A stretch of 64,000 nt of DNA from an uncultured Bacteroidales bacterium (GTDB taxonomy: Bacteria > Bacteroidota > Bacteroidia > Bacteroidales > UBA932): positions 24,922-88,921 of the forward strand of contig UQYV01000005.1 of NCBI GenBank assembly GCA_900545245.1, read 5' to 3'. The translations under genes were made by a program, and so were the position numbers. The notes under the pieces were generated by a model. That model was not told the DNA's origin. It saw only the letters and a list, made by a program, of their open reading frames with translations, and did not search any database. Positions 47,537-58,074 of the stretch are shown here, piece by piece; position 1 is the stretch's first letter; each line of letters opens with the position of its first letter.

Positions 47537-48544
47537 ATGGCAATCTTAGCATTTCAGAAACCGGACAAGGTGATTATGCTTGAAGGAACCGATACCGTCG
47601 GCCGCTTCGAGTTCAGGCCTTTGGAGCCTGGCTACGGACAGACCATCGGTAATGCCCTCCGCCGTATTCTCCTGTCATCATTAGAGGGGTTTGCTATCAA
47701 CTCAATCAAGATTTCCGGTGTAGACCAGGAATTCGCCACAATTCCGGGCGTCGTTGAGGGAATGCAGGACATCATCCTGAACCTCAAGCAGGTGCGCTTC
47801 AAGAGAATGGTGGACACCGTTGATTCGGAGGTGGCAAACATCGTTATCAGCGGAAAGCAAGAGTTTACCGCTGAGGAAATCTCAAAGGGATTGTCTTCTT
47901 TCACGGTGTTGAACCCTGACCTTCACATCTGCACTCTCGAACCGTCCGTGAAACTTGAGATCTCTCTCACGGTTGCAAAGGGACGCGGTTTTGTTCCGGC
48001 TGACGAGAATAGGGACGAGAATACGCCTATCGGAACCATTCCGGTGGACGCCATCTACACCCCTATCCGCAACGTGAACTGGACCGTCGAGAACTGGCGT
48101 GTGGAACAGAAGACCGACTACGAGAAGCTGAATCTGGAGATTGTAACCGACGGTTCAATCACTCCGAACACGGCTCTGCAGGAGGCTGCAAACATCCTTA
48201 TCTATCACTTCAAACTGTTCACCGACGACAAGAAGCTCACTCTTGAGAGCACCGTTGAGTCTGACTCAAAGGAACTTGACGAGGAGTCACTCCATATGAG
48301 ACATCTCCTTCTCACCAAGCTTTCCGATATGGGACTTTCAGTGAGAGCATACAACTGTCTGAAGGCTGCTGACATCGACACTTTCGCTGACCTTGTTTCC
48401 TACTCAAGGGCTGAGCTTATGAAGTTCAGGAACTTCGGAAGGAAATCCCTCAACGAAATCGACCAGTTGGTTGACAAGATGAAGCTTTCATTCGGTATGG
48501 ATGTTACCAAGTATAATATTGAACAAAAGAAAAAGAACGTATAA
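47537..48544 (+). CDS. rpoA: DNA-directed RNA polymerase subunit alpha
   Basis: 335 aa with N-terminal dimerisation and C-terminal alpha-CTD domains. Confidence 0.96.
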   Translation: MAILAFQKPDKVIMLEGTDTVGRFEFRPLEPGYGQTIGNALRRILLSSLEGFAINSIKISGVDQEFATIPGVVEGMQDIILNLKQVRFKRMVDTVDSEVANIVISGKQEFTAEEISKGLSSFTVLNPDLHICTLEPSVKLEISLTVAKGRGFVPADENRDENTPIGTIPVDAIYTPIRNVNWTVENWRVEQKTDYEKLNLEIVTDGSITPNTALQEAANILIYHFKLFTDDKKLTLESTVESDSKELDEESLHMRHLLLTKLSDMGLSVRAYNCLKAADIDTFADLVSYSRAELMKFRNFGRKSLNEIDQLVDKMKLSFGMDVTKYNIEQKKKNV

Positions 48545-48547
48545 AGT

Positions 48548-49051
48548 ATGAGACACAATAAGGCTTTCAACCACCTTGGTCGCAAGAGCGGTCACCGCAA
48601 GGCTCTCCTCGCGAATATGGCCACTTCACTCATTCTTCACAAGAGAATCGAGACCACTGTAGCCAAGGCAAAGGCTTTGAAGATGTACGTTGAACCGCTC
48701 ATCACAAAGTCAAAGGACGATACTACTGCATCCCGCCGTACCGTTTTCAGCTATCTCAAGAACAAGGAGGCAGTCACGGAGCTCTTCCGCACCGTTGCCC
48801 CTAAGATTGCTGAGCGTCAGGGAGGATACACAAGGGTTCTCAAGACCGGTTTCCGTCAGGGTGACGGTGCTGACCTCGCAATCATCGAGCTCGTTGACTT
48901 CAACGAGGCAGCTCTCGCTTCAACTCCTAAGAAGGAAACCAAGAAGACAACTCGCCGCAGCCGCGCAAAGAAGGCAGAGACCGTAGAGGCCGCTCCTGCA
49001 ACCGAGGCTCCGGTTGAGACTCCGGCAGAGGCACCTGCAACTGAGGAATAG
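48548..49051 (+). CDS. rplQ: 50S ribosomal protein L17, with an Ala/Glu/Thr/Pro-rich C-terminal tail
   Basis: [28 protein letters not shown]... Confidence 0.96.
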   Translation: MRHNKAFNHLGRKSGHRKALLANMATSLILHKRIETTVAKAKALKMYVEPLITKSKDDTTASRRTVFSYLKNKEAVTELFRTVAPKIAERQGGYTRVLKTGFRQGDGADLAIIELVDFNEAALASTPKKETKKTTRRSRAKKAETVEAAPATEAPVETPAEAPATEE

Positions 49052-49074
49052 TCCGAAACCGACTCTAAAACCCA

Positions 49075-49111
49075 AAAATCCCCCGAAACCGCAAGATCTC
49101 GGGGGATTTTT
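49075..49111. terminator. Strong bidirectional rho-independent terminator: a perfect 12-bp stem AAAATCCCCCGA/TCGGGGGATTTT with a T-run
   Basis: Seen in the sequence, between the converging rplQ and LacI genes. Confidence 0.65.
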
Positions 49112-49150
49112 GGCTCTGGGGCGTACGGAGGCTGAAATTACAGGAGTCTC

Positions 49151-50164
49151 CTATTCTTTGGGGCGACCGACCGATTCGCGGAGAATAATCTCTGTGGACA
49201 GTTCTATTTGTGAACTGAGAGTTTTTTGACTTCGTATGCTTCCGATTAGGAGCTTTACTGCCATTCGTCCCATTTCTTCAACCCTTTGACCGATGCGGGT
49301 GACGGCGGGAACGAAATAATCGAGGTAGATGTTGTTGTCAAAAGAGACTAGTGAAATGTCATCCGGTATCTTTAATCCGGCTTCCCTGATGGCGCGAATA
49401 GCTCCGAGTCCTATGGTGTTGCTGAGCGCAAAAATGGCTGTCGGTCTGTCGGGACTATTCAGGAGCAGTTTTGTTTCAATGTAGCCGTTCTGTACAGTAA
49501 AATCGTTGCCAACGATTTGCTTGTGTTCCTCCAGTCCGGCTTTTTTCAGTGCGGCAAAGTACCCTTCTGTCCTTTTCTTGTTCGGCATCGAATCCAGATT
49601 TCCTTGAATACAGGCGATTTTCTTGTGCCCGTTCCTAATGAGAATGTTTGTCCCATCTACGCCGCCCTGCCAATTATTTGTCACGACATAGGGAAGTGGC
49701 GAATTTTCGAAGTATCTGTCCACAAGGATAATGGGTGCAATCCGTTTATTGAGGTCTTCAAGGTAATAGGGGTCAGAGCCGCAGGGAACGATAATCATTC
49801 CTTCCACCTTTCGGGAAACCAAGGCACAAATGGAATCTTTTTGCGCGGATTCATTCTCCATCGTATCAGTGACTATTGTCGTGTACCCGTGTTTCTTCGC
49901 TTCTGCAACGATGACACTTGAGATTTCCGCAAAATAGGGATTAGACATATCCGGGACCACGAGCCCGATTGTTTCTGTTTTCCCGTTGCGCAGGTTTTGT
50001 GCTAAAATGTTTGGTGTATAACCGAGTTCCGCAGCAGTTTCCCGTATGGCTTCCGCGGCTGTCTCTGAAATTCTGAATTTCTCTGCTTTCCCGGTTAGAA
50101 CTCTTGATACAGTGGATGTTGAGTATCCAGTTTTTTCGGCAATTGTTTCCAGTGTCGGTTTCAT
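49151..50164 (-). CDS. LacI-family transcriptional regulator (ribose-locus repressor, RbsR/RusR-like)
   Basis: N-terminal HTH (TLETIAEKTGYSTSTVSRVLTG) and a periplasmic-binding-protein-like sugar-binding domain; divergent from the ribokinase gene. Confidence 0.85.
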   Translation of the reverse strand: MKPTLETIAEKTGYSTSTVSRVLTGKAEKFRISETAAEAIRETAAELGYTPNILAQNLRNGKTETIGLVVPDMSNPYFAEISSVIVAEAKKHGYTTIVTDTMENESAQKDSICALVSRKVEGMIIVPCGSDPYYLEDLNKRIAPIILVDRYFENSPLPYVVTNNWQGGVDGTNILIRNGHKKIACIQGNLDSMPNKKRTEGYFAALKKAGLEEHKQIVGNDFTVQNGYIETKLLLNSPDRPTAIFALSNTIGLGAIRAIREAGLKIPDDISLVSFDNNIYLDYFVPAVTRIGQRVEEMGRMAVKLLIGSIRSQKTLSSQIELSTEIILRESVGRPKE

Positions 50165-50300
50165 ACTTGTGGTTATTTTTGCTCGTGTTTATTGCAGCAA
50201 CATTTCGATTGCGCAACAAATTTGGCTTGTTTGTGCAAAAATATTCACTTTTTTCATCCCAAAATATGGTTTTGAGGAATAATTTCAGAAATATCGTGAA

Positions 50301-50327
50301 TATATTTGCGCAAACGATTGTGCAAAG
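50301..50327 (+). promoter_or_regulatory. Ribokinase promoter -7 box (TATATTTG) fused to an imperfect 20-bp palindrome TTGCGCAAACGATTGTGCAA; candidate LacI-family operator
   Basis: It has a central CG and 16 of 20 symmetric positions. A near-identical copy lies at 62391-62413. Further TTGYGCAA boxes at 50209-50216 and 50231-50238 overlap the reverse-strand LacI -7 box (CAAAAATA, 50236-50243). Confidence 0.45.
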
Positions 50328-50381
50328 TGTCTGCATTCTTTCCACAATCGAAATGAATAACCGCTAATATAACACTAATAT

Positions 50382-51284
50382 ATGGGAAAAATCGTTGTGA
50401 TCGGGAGTGCGAATACCGATTTGGTAATCAATACCTCGCGCATACCGGAACCTGGTGAAACAGTTCTTGGAGGCAAGTTTATGATGGCTGCCGGGGGAAA
50501 AGGCGCAAATCAGGCTGTGGCGGCGCAGAGACTCGGAGCGGACGTCACTTTTGTCGCTTGTGTGGGAGATGATCTTTTCGGCCGAAATTCACTTGAAAAC
50601 TATCGTAAAGAAGGGATGAATACCGCTTTCGTTTCCGTAAAGGAGGGTGTTCCATCCGGAGTCGCCTCAATATTTGTCGACGCTAAGGCGGAGAATGTGA
50701 TTGTGGTCGCTCCTGGAGCAAATTCCGAACTGCTCAAAGCGGAAATTGATGCGGCAACTGCAGAAATCGCTTCAGCGGATTTTGTGCTTATGCAGTTGGA
50801 AACTCCGATGGAAACTGTTGAGTTTGCTGCAACTAAGGCTGCAGAAGCCGGAACAAGAATAGTCCTCAACCCGGCTCCGGCTGCTCTCCTTTCAGATGCG
50901 TTGCTCTCAAAACTATGGCTGATTACTCCGAATCGCACTGAAGCCCAGCTTCTTACAGGGCTCCCGGTGACGAATGTGCAAGAGGCGGCAACAGCTGCCG
51001 AGGCTCTCGCAGCCAAGGGAGTGAAAAATGTGGTGATAACCCTCGGTTCAAAGGGTGCCTATGTGCTATCTCAAGACTTCCGTGGCATAGTCCCGGCAAC
51101 TCCTGTGAAAGCGGTGGATACGACAGCTGCGGGCGACACCTTCAATGGAGCCCTCTGTGTGGCTCTTTCCGAAGGACGCGGAATCAAGGACGCCTGCACA
51201 TTCGCCGCCAAGGCATCGGCCATATCCGTCACCCGCCCGGGTGCCCAGCCTTCGATACCATATAGAAAAGAAATAGTAGAATAA
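50382..51284 (+). CDS. rbsK: Ribokinase
   Basis: PfkB fold with the GG anion hole (MMAAGGKGANQA) and the C-terminal DTTAAGDTFNGAL motif. Confidence 0.85.
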   Translation: MGKIVVIGSANTDLVINTSRIPEPGETVLGGKFMMAAGGKGANQAVAAQRLGADVTFVACVGDDLFGRNSLENYRKEGMNTAFVSVKEGVPSGVASIFVDAKAENVIVVAPGANSELLKAEIDAATAEIASADFVLMQLETPMETVEFAATKAAEAGTRIVLNPAPAALLSDALLSKLWLITPNRTEAQLLTGLPVTNVQEAATAAEALAAKGVKNVVITLGSKGAYVLSQDFRGIVPATPVKAVDTTAAGDTFNGALCVALSEGRGIKDACTFAAKASAISVTRPGAQPSIPYRKEIVE

Positions 51285-51330
51285 ACAAACATATCGTTAC
51301 ATTGGGAAATTAGTAATCTTATAGTGTATA

Positions 51331-52893
51331 ATGAAGATGGGAAAATATAACATCATGACATTTCTTCTGATGGCAATGGTGTCCTGCTCCACTATGAATG
51401 GACAGAGCAATTCGGGCTCTGAAGCTCTCGAACCGTTAACTGTGAGCAGAATATGCACAACTTCGGGCGACGATAAGCCTTATCTTGAAGTTGGCGGTAA
51501 GCCATTTGCCGTTTATGGCGCACAGATTCGCTTAGACATATTCCGTTCGGTTGACAAACTTGACTGGCCTTCAATTGAAGAATACTTCGCGCTTGCGTCA
51601 AGGCTTGGCGTGAACTGCGTGCAAGTTCCGTGTCCTTGGGCTTTCATAGAGCCGAAAAGGGATTCATGGGATTTCGACGCTGTGGATAAAGTTCTCGGAT
51701 TTGCCAATAGTCACAATCTAAAGGTTGAACTCTTGTGGTTCAGTACCAATATGATAGGTGATTCCTATTCGTGGCTGGTTCCGACCTACATTTTGGCTAC
51801 GCCGTCAATTCGCCTTAGGCGGGATGATGACGGGAGTTGGCATGGGCTCTATGGCTATGCCTATTCCTTACAGATGAACAGCGACTTTGTCCTTGAACGT
51901 GAGAAAAATGCCGTGACGCGTCTTTTTACCCACATCCGCGAATGGGACGAGGCCAATGGAAACCATCACCCGGTCATTACTTGTCAGGTGCATAACGAGC
52001 CCGATGCTCTCGTGCGATGGCGCCTTGCCGAGAAAAAGATTTCTCACAAGGACGGCACGAGGTTGACACAGAAGGAAGCTTGGGATATGACTCTCAAGTC
52101 TCTGGACGTTATAGGACGGGCAGTGAAGAATAGCGCCTATTCCGTTGCGACCCGTACCAACATCATTTCTGGCAATGGCGTCAACGATTTTCCTCAGACT
52201 CCAGGCATATCACCGAAGGACGTCTATGCTCTTGAAGGGATAGATTTCGTGAGTTTCGACCCTTATATGTCTGAGGTCGATAAGATTGCATACGAGGTGA
52301 GTCAGTATGCGTCCATGTTGGGGAATTATCCGCTTGTCGCGGAGAATCGGGGCGATTATTCGAATACTGCAAGCCTCATGCTTGTTGCTTCTGCGCTTGG
52401 CGGAGGCTATGACATCTATGACCTCGCCACTAGCAAATACATAACATCTCACAGCGAGCCCCCGTTCAACTCAGAGGGAATATACAATTCAGACTTCACT
52501 CCGAAGCCTCATGTGCCTTTGGTGCAAACACTGCTTTCGGCTCTTGTCGCTGCGGGAGAGGATATCGCGCTGACCGCCACTGATGACTTTGCCGTGTTCA
52601 ATGTCAGGACTGATACCCCTCAGACGACTCTCTCTCAGACCATAAGCACGACAGGGGCAGAGCTGAAGTTCGAGACCTCTTCTGGAGCTCTTGCCTTTGT
52701 CCTTGATAGGGGAGACAGGCTCATCGCGTTCTCTACGGCAGATGCCGTGCTGAATGTTGGCGGCGGCAGTCTCACTAATAGGAACGACAATGCCATCGCC
52801 TTGAAAGGCGGGCAGTTGACTGAACTTGGTTTCAAGTCATCTGGAACAAGACAAAGTACTGTAAAACATAATATAGGGACAATATTTAAATAA
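51331..52893 (+). CDS. Putative TIM-barrel (clan GH-A-like) glycoside hydrolase lipoprotein; paralog of the 58075-59547 gene
   Basis: Lipoprotein signal (MAMVSCS) and an NEP-type candidate acid/base motif (QVHNEPD). It is clearly homologous to the 58075 product. Confidence 0.45.
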   Translation: MKMGKYNIMTFLLMAMVSCSTMNGQSNSGSEALEPLTVSRICTTSGDDKPYLEVGGKPFAVYGAQIRLDIFRSVDKLDWPSIEEYFALASRLGVNCVQVPCPWAFIEPKRDSWDFDAVDKVLGFANSHNLKVELLWFSTNMIGDSYSWLVPTYILATPSIRLRRDDDGSWHGLYGYAYSLQMNSDFVLEREKNAVTRLFTHIREWDEANGNHHPVITCQVHNEPDALVRWRLAEKKISHKDGTRLTQKEAWDMTLKSLDVIGRAVKNSAYSVATRTNIISGNGVNDFPQTPGISPKDVYALEGIDFVSFDPYMSEVDKIAYEVSQYASMLGNYPLVAENRGDYSNTASLMLVASALGGGYDIYDLATSKYITSHSEPPFNSEGIYNSDFTPKPHVPLVQTLLSALVAAGEDIALTATDDFAVFNVRTDTPQTTLSQTISTTGAELKFETSSGALAFVLDRGDRLIAFSTADAVLNVGGGSLTNRNDNAIALKGGQLTELGFKSSGTRQSTVKHNIGTIFK

Positions 52894-52901
52894 CCACTGT
52901 T

Positions 52902-55900
52902 ATGAGAAATCCATACAAGATTGCCGTTATCACGGCGGCCATGATGCTTTTTTGTCACAGTCTGTTTGCTCAAAATGCAGTCACCGGAACAGTGACTGAC
53001 ATAAATGGCGAGCCGATACCTGGCGTATCTGTGGCTGTTCTTTCCAACTCTACTCTGACAGGTACCGTGACTGACATGGATGGGAAATATTCCGTCAATG
53101 CTCCGGCTACTGGACAGCTCGCTTTTAGTTCGATAGGCTATGTCTCGCAGACCGTGAATATCATGAATAGGGCCGTCATCAACGTTACTCTCGCGGATGA
53201 CCTCAAGATTCTCGACGAGTCCGTTGTGGTCGGTTTCGCTACTCAGAAGAAAATCAACCTTACCGGTTCCGTTGCCACGGTCGATTCCAAACAACTTGAG
53301 GATGTGCCGGTGCGAAATGCCGTGCTTGCACTTCAGGGACAGGTGCCGGGACTCAACATCAAACAGGTGAGCGGACAGCTCTACAACAAGAATCCGAACA
53401 TCACCTTGCGAGGTCAGGGCACTATCGGTCAGGGTTCTTCCGGAAGTGTGCTCGTGCTCATCGATGGGATGGAAGGCGATTTATTCTCCATCAATTCTCA
53501 GGATATTGAGAACATATCTGTTCTCAAGGATGCTGCGGCTTCATCAATCTACGGCTCCCGCGCTCCGTTCGGAGTCATCCTCGTGACAACGAAAAAGGGC
53601 AAGGAAGGCAAGATGCAGGTGAACTATAACAACAATTTTCGATTCAATACTCCTCTTAAGCTGCCGCATTCCGCGGACTCGTATTCATGGGCGCTATATT
53701 TCAACGATGCCTCCAACAATGACGGCAACGCGGACGACATCGGAGCCGCGCGTCTTCAGCGAATCAAAGATTATCAGGATGGAGTCATCTCCTACAACAC
53801 TATTCCCGTCGGCAATCAGTGGGGCACGGCCTATACCGAAGGTAACGATAACATCGACTACTATGACGTGTTCTACAAAAAAGTTTCCTTCGCACAGGAG
53901 CATAATTTCAGCTTCTCCGGAGGCAATAGCAAAATCAATTATTTCGTATCGGGTAACTACCTCAAGGAAGACGGACTCTTCACTTTTGAGGGCGCTGATC
54001 TTGACGGCTTGTCAAGGGGAAATGTCTTCGGAAAGATTGAAGCTAGACCATTCGATTTCTTGACGATAGGCTTCAGCAGCCGCTTCATACGCGAGGACTA
54101 TCATGAACCTACCGTTCTTTCGGACGAAACCCTTTGGTATTTCGGCCAGTATCTCTGGCCGGTCGCTCCTCTTTATGACCCCAACGGAAACCTTTTCAAT
54201 GACCTTGCTCTCCGCTTCAGCCGTGGAGGTCAGAGAACCATATCCAACACTACTTCGGCAAATCAGTTCAACTTTGTTCTGACTCCAGTGAAGGGATGGC
54301 GGATAGTAGGTGACGTGAACTATAGGTACCGTTCCTATTTCAACAAGATAGTGGACAAGGAAGTATGGCAGACCTGCATCGATGGTGTCACAAAGGGCTC
54401 TTCATGGGACTATCACACAGGGGTTGCAAATGATGACGGCAGAAACCAGTATGTCAATATCAATGCCTACACCGACTATGAGAACAATATAGCTGGGAAT
54501 TATTTCAAACTCATGACCGGTGTGCAGATGGAGTCATATTCCGTAAATTCTACATATGCCAAGCGTGAAGGGCTCATCGTTCCGGACATTTCTTCGCTTG
54601 ACACGACGTCCGGACTCTTCAACGGTGAAAAGGTCAGTCCGATTGTTGGAGGCGGTTCTTCCGCTTGGAGGACTCTGGGTTTCTTCGGACGTCTGAACTA
54701 CAACTATAGGGAGCGCTATCTTCTGGAGGGAAATCTACGTTACGACGGATCGTCACGCTTCGCTGCTGACAAACGCTGGGGACTATTCCCATCAGTTTCG
54801 GCAGGATGGAATATTGCCAAGGAGCCGTTCTTCGAGCCCGCACAGCGCTGGGTCAACACCCTGAAGTTTAGGGCGTCGTATGGCTCCCTTGGAAACCAAA
54901 ACACAAGTTCGTTCTACCCGACATTCGCGCTTATGAACTTTGCAAATTCCCAGGGAAGTTGGCTCATTGACGGCAAGAAAACCAACATCGCCTGGCCGGC
55001 CTCACTCATAAGTTCTTCCCTCACGTGGGAAAAAGTGAAGTCGTGGAATGTCGGCCTTGATGTCACGGCCTTCGACGGCCGCCTCAATTCGTCGATAGAG
55101 GGCTATGTAAGAAGAACTGAGGATATGATAGGCCCGGCAGACGAACTTCCTGTAATACTCGGAACCGCAGTACCTTATACAAACAATACCGATCTCCGGA
55201 CTACAGGGTTCGAGTTTGAGATTTCTTGGAACGACAGAGCCTTCGACCAACTTGACTATGGAGTGCGCTTTGTCCTTTCCGACGCAGTCACGAGAATTAC
55301 GAGATATTCCAATCCTTCGCAAACTCTTTCTACCTACTATGAGGGAATGACTCTAGGAGAGTTCTGGGGGTATGAGTCCGTCGGCATCGCGCGCAGCGAA
55401 GACCAGATGCTCGAACATCTTATGACCCTTCCGAACGGAGGGCAGACCGCGCTTGGTTCCAACTGGCGTGCCGGCGATGTAATGTACAGAGACTTGAACG
55501 AGGACGGCAAGATTGACACCGGCTCATATACGCTTGATGATCACGGCGACCTTAAGATAATCGGCAACACCACGCCGCGCTACAATTACGCATTCGATAT
55601 AAACCTTGCATGGAAAGGTATCGACCTGCGTATGTTCCTTCAGGGCGTAGGCAAGCGAGACTATTTCCAGAAAGGAAAGTATTTCTTCGGCAGTTGCGGA
55701 TGGAGTAAATGGGGTACCATGGTTCTCCGCCAGCATCTCGACTATTTCCGTGATGATCCGGAAAGCCCTCTCGGACTCAATACGGACGGCTATTACCCAA
55801 GACCTTACCTCGATTCAGAGAAGAATGTCCAGTGGCAGAGCATGTATGTCCAGGACGCTTCCTACCTGAGACTGAAGAATCTTCAGATAGGATACACATT

Positions 55901-56084
55901 CCCGCAGACTCTGACAAAGAAAATAGGCATACAGAACCTGAGACTTTATTTCTCGGGAGAGAACCTCTTGACGTTCACTAAGATGACTAATCTCTTTGAT
56001 CCAGAGACCATCGGTGAGAACGAGACAGGAAATGTCTATCCTCTTTCTCGGACATACTCTTTCGGCTTAAGCGTCACTTTCTAA
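52902..56084 (+). CDS. SusC/RagA-family TonB-dependent receptor of the ribose/nucleoside locus
   Basis: 1060 aa with a signal peptide, carboxypeptidase-regulatory-like domain, plug (ESVVVGFATQKK) and barrel ending LSVTF. Confidence 0.9.
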   Translation: MRNPYKIAVITAAMMLFCHSLFAQNAVTGTVTDINGEPIPGVSVAVLSNSTLTGTVTDMDGKYSVNAPATGQLAFSSIGYVSQTVNIMNRAVINVTLADDLKILDESVVVGFATQKKINLTGSVATVDSKQLEDVPVRNAVLALQGQVPGLNIKQVSGQLYNKNPNITLRGQGTIGQGSSGSVLVLIDGMEGDLFSINSQDIENISVLKDAAASSIYGSRAPFGVILVTTKKGKEGKMQVNYNNNFRFNTPLKLPHSADSYSWALYFNDASNNDGNADDIGAARLQRIKDYQDGVISYNTIPVGNQWGTAYTEGNDNIDYYDVFYKKVSFAQEHNFSFSGGNSKINYFVSGNYLKEDGLFTFEGADLDGLSRGNVFGKIEARPFDFLTIGFSSRFIREDYHEPTVLSDETLWYFGQYLWPVAPLYDPNGNLFNDLALRFSRGGQRTISNTTSANQFNFVLTPVKGWRIVGDVNYRYRSYFNKIVDKEVWQTCIDGVTKGSSWDYHTGVANDDGRNQYVNINAYTDYENNIAGNYFKLMTGVQMESYSVNSTYAKREGLIVPDISSLDTTSGLFNGEKVSPIVGGGSSAWRTLGFFGRLNYNYRERYLLEGNLRYDGSSRFAADKRWGLFPSVSAGWNIAKEPFFEPAQRWVNTLKFRASYGSLGNQNTSSFYPTFALMNFANSQGSWLIDGKKTNIAWPASLISSSLTWEKVKSWNVGLDVTAFDGRLNSSIEGYVRRTEDMIGPADELPVILGTAVPYTNNTDLRTTGFEFEISWNDRAFDQLDYGVRFVLSDAVTRITRYSNPSQTLSTYYEGMTLGEFWGYESVGIARSEDQMLEHLMTLPNGGQTALGSNWRAGDVMYRDLNEDGKIDTGSYTLDDHGDLKIIGNTTPRYNYAFDINLAWKGIDLRMFLQGVGKRDYFQKGKYFFGSCGWSKWGTMVLRQHLDYFRDDPESPLGLNTDGYYPRPYLDSEKNVQWQSMYVQDASYLRLKNLQIGYTFPQTLTKKIGIQNLRLYFSGENLLTFTKMTNLFDPETIGENETGNVYPLSRTYSFGLSVTF

Positions 56085-56096
56085 ATAATAACGAAT

Positions 56097-58067
56097 ATGA
56101 AAAGAATAATAAGATATTCCGGCGTTTTGGCGGCCATTTCCCTTGTGACTGTCTCATGCAATGCTTTCCTTGACCTGCAGCCGGAGTCAAATCTCTCTCC
56201 AACTCAGTACCTTACCACGGAGGATAATCTTGCGGCATACGCCACGGACCTCTACAATATGTTTCCGGTCCATGGTCAGACAAGCTGGGGAACATGGAAG
56301 AACGACAGCGATACGGATAATATGGCGTATGCCAACCCGAGCGATGCCTTTGCCCCTGGTTATTGGAAAGTCGGGCAGACCGGCGGCAGTTATGAATTTA
56401 CGGGAATCTACCGCTGCAACTACTTTTTTGACAATGTCCTTGAAAATTTTGAGGCAGGGAAGATAACAGGAACGGCGGCGAATATACGCCACTACATCGG
56501 GGAAGTCTATTTTTTCCGGGCATGGCAATATTATCTCAAACTTCAGTCTCTCGGGGACTTTCCGATAGTCACTCGTCTTCTCGAAGATGATCTTCAGGCT
56601 CTTACGGCAGAGAGCATCCGCCAACCGAGGAATGAAGTCGCTAGGTTCATCCTTTCCGACCTTGACAAGTCCATTGAGTATATGGCCGATGTAGCTCCTC
56701 GCGGCGGTAGCAATAGGCTGTCCAAGGACTGCGCCCACCTGATGAAGTCACGTGTGGCCCTATATGAGGGAACCTGGCTGAAGTATTTCAAGGGCACGGC
56801 ATTCGTGCCTGGAGGCGACGGCTGGCCCGGTCAGGCAAGTCATCCGGACTACCAATACCCTTCCGGCAACATAGATTCCGAAATCGCTGCTTTCCTCAAG
56901 ATTGCAATGACCGAGGCAAAGATTGTGGCCGACCGGCATCCGCTCACCTCAAGCACTGGACATTTCCAGTCATCGGCTGAGGCGGTCGCGAATCCATATT
57001 TCGACATGTTCGGTGACACGGATATGTCAAAATATGGCGAAGTACTGCTCTGGAAGGCATATAGCGTCGCGGAGGGTGTGACCAACTCCGTCATTGAGTT
57101 CGCGTCGGCCGCCAATCAGGGTTATGGCATAACAAAGAGTATGGTCGATGCCTTTGTCATGGCGAATGGTCTTCCGATTTATGCGGCTGGGAGCGGCTAC
57201 GCGGGAGATGCGGACCTTCTTAAAGTTACTGAAGATCGTGACTCTCGTGCGCAGATATTTATAAAGAGGCCGGGCGACACGAATCTTCACAGTGAGCCAG
57301 GTCCGGAGTCCTATCAGATGGAGCCTTGGCCGAACATTGTCAACTCCACGGCGTCGATGCGCTACACCACCGGATATGCTCTTCGTAAGGGCCTTAACTT
57401 CGATGGTTCCCAATCTGTCCGGGACAAGAGTTATGTCGGTTCCATTGTATTCAGGTCTGCGGAAGCATATCTGAACTACATTGAGGCCTGCTACGAAGCG
57501 ACGGGTGCACTTGATGCCGATGCCGAGAGGTACTGGACTGCAATCCGTGACCGCTCGAAAGTCGGCAACTGGCAGACTACGATAGACAATACGGACATGG
57601 AAAAAGAGAAGGAGACGGACTGGGGCGCATATTCCGCTGGGAAACTTGTGGATGCCACCCTCTTCAACATCCGCCGCGAAAGGCGCTGCGAACTGATGGC
57701 AGAGGGCTTCCGCGCAGCCGATGTCCGACGCTGGAGGTCTATGGATCAGATGATCGACACACCTTATCATGTGCTTGGCGTCAATGTGTGGGAAAGCCTC
57801 AGCTCCAATCCGGACTTCCTTGTTGCCAATGGCAACAACCTCAAGGAAGGCGAGAACATTTCGCCGAAAGATTTTAGCAAGTACTGCGCTCCGTACCACA
57901 TCCTCTCGAACAACCGTGCCTATGAGGGCTACAGATGGAGGATGGCTCACTATCTCGACCCTATCGCGGTGCAACATTTTCTGATAACTGGCGGAGGTTC
58001 TGCAGACAATTCGACACTTTACCAAAATCCAGGGTGGCCGCTTCAGGCCGGACAAGGTGCAGAATAG
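56097..58067 (+). CDS. SusD/RagB-family lipoprotein
   Basis: 656 aa with lipoprotein signal (VSCNAF) and SusD-like TPR region (YFFRAWQYYLKLQSLGDFPIV). Confidence 0.85.
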   Translation: MKRIIRYSGVLAAISLVTVSCNAFLDLQPESNLSPTQYLTTEDNLAAYATDLYNMFPVHGQTSWGTWKNDSDTDNMAYANPSDAFAPGYWKVGQTGGSYEFTGIYRCNYFFDNVLENFEAGKITGTAANIRHYIGEVYFFRAWQYYLKLQSLGDFPIVTRLLEDDLQALTAESIRQPRNEVARFILSDLDKSIEYMADVAPRGGSNRLSKDCAHLMKSRVALYEGTWLKYFKGTAFVPGGDGWPGQASHPDYQYPSGNIDSEIAAFLKIAMTEAKIVADRHPLTSSTGHFQSSAEAVANPYFDMFGDTDMSKYGEVLLWKAYSVAEGVTNSVIEFASAANQGYGITKSMVDAFVMANGLPIYAAGSGYAGDADLLKVTEDRDSRAQIFIKRPGDTNLHSEPGPESYQMEPWPNIVNSTASMRYTTGYALRKGLNFDGSQSVRDKSYVGSIVFRSAEAYLNYIEACYEATGALDADAERYWTAIRDRSKVGNWQTTIDNTDMEKEKETDWGAYSAGKLVDATLFNIRRERRCELMAEGFRAADVRRWRSMDQMIDTPYHVLGVNVWESLSSNPDFLVANGNNLKEGENISPKDFSKYCAPYHILSNNRAYEGYRWRMAHYLDPIAVQHFLITGGGSADNSTLYQNPGWPLQAGQGAE

Positions 58068-58074
58068 ACTGAAA

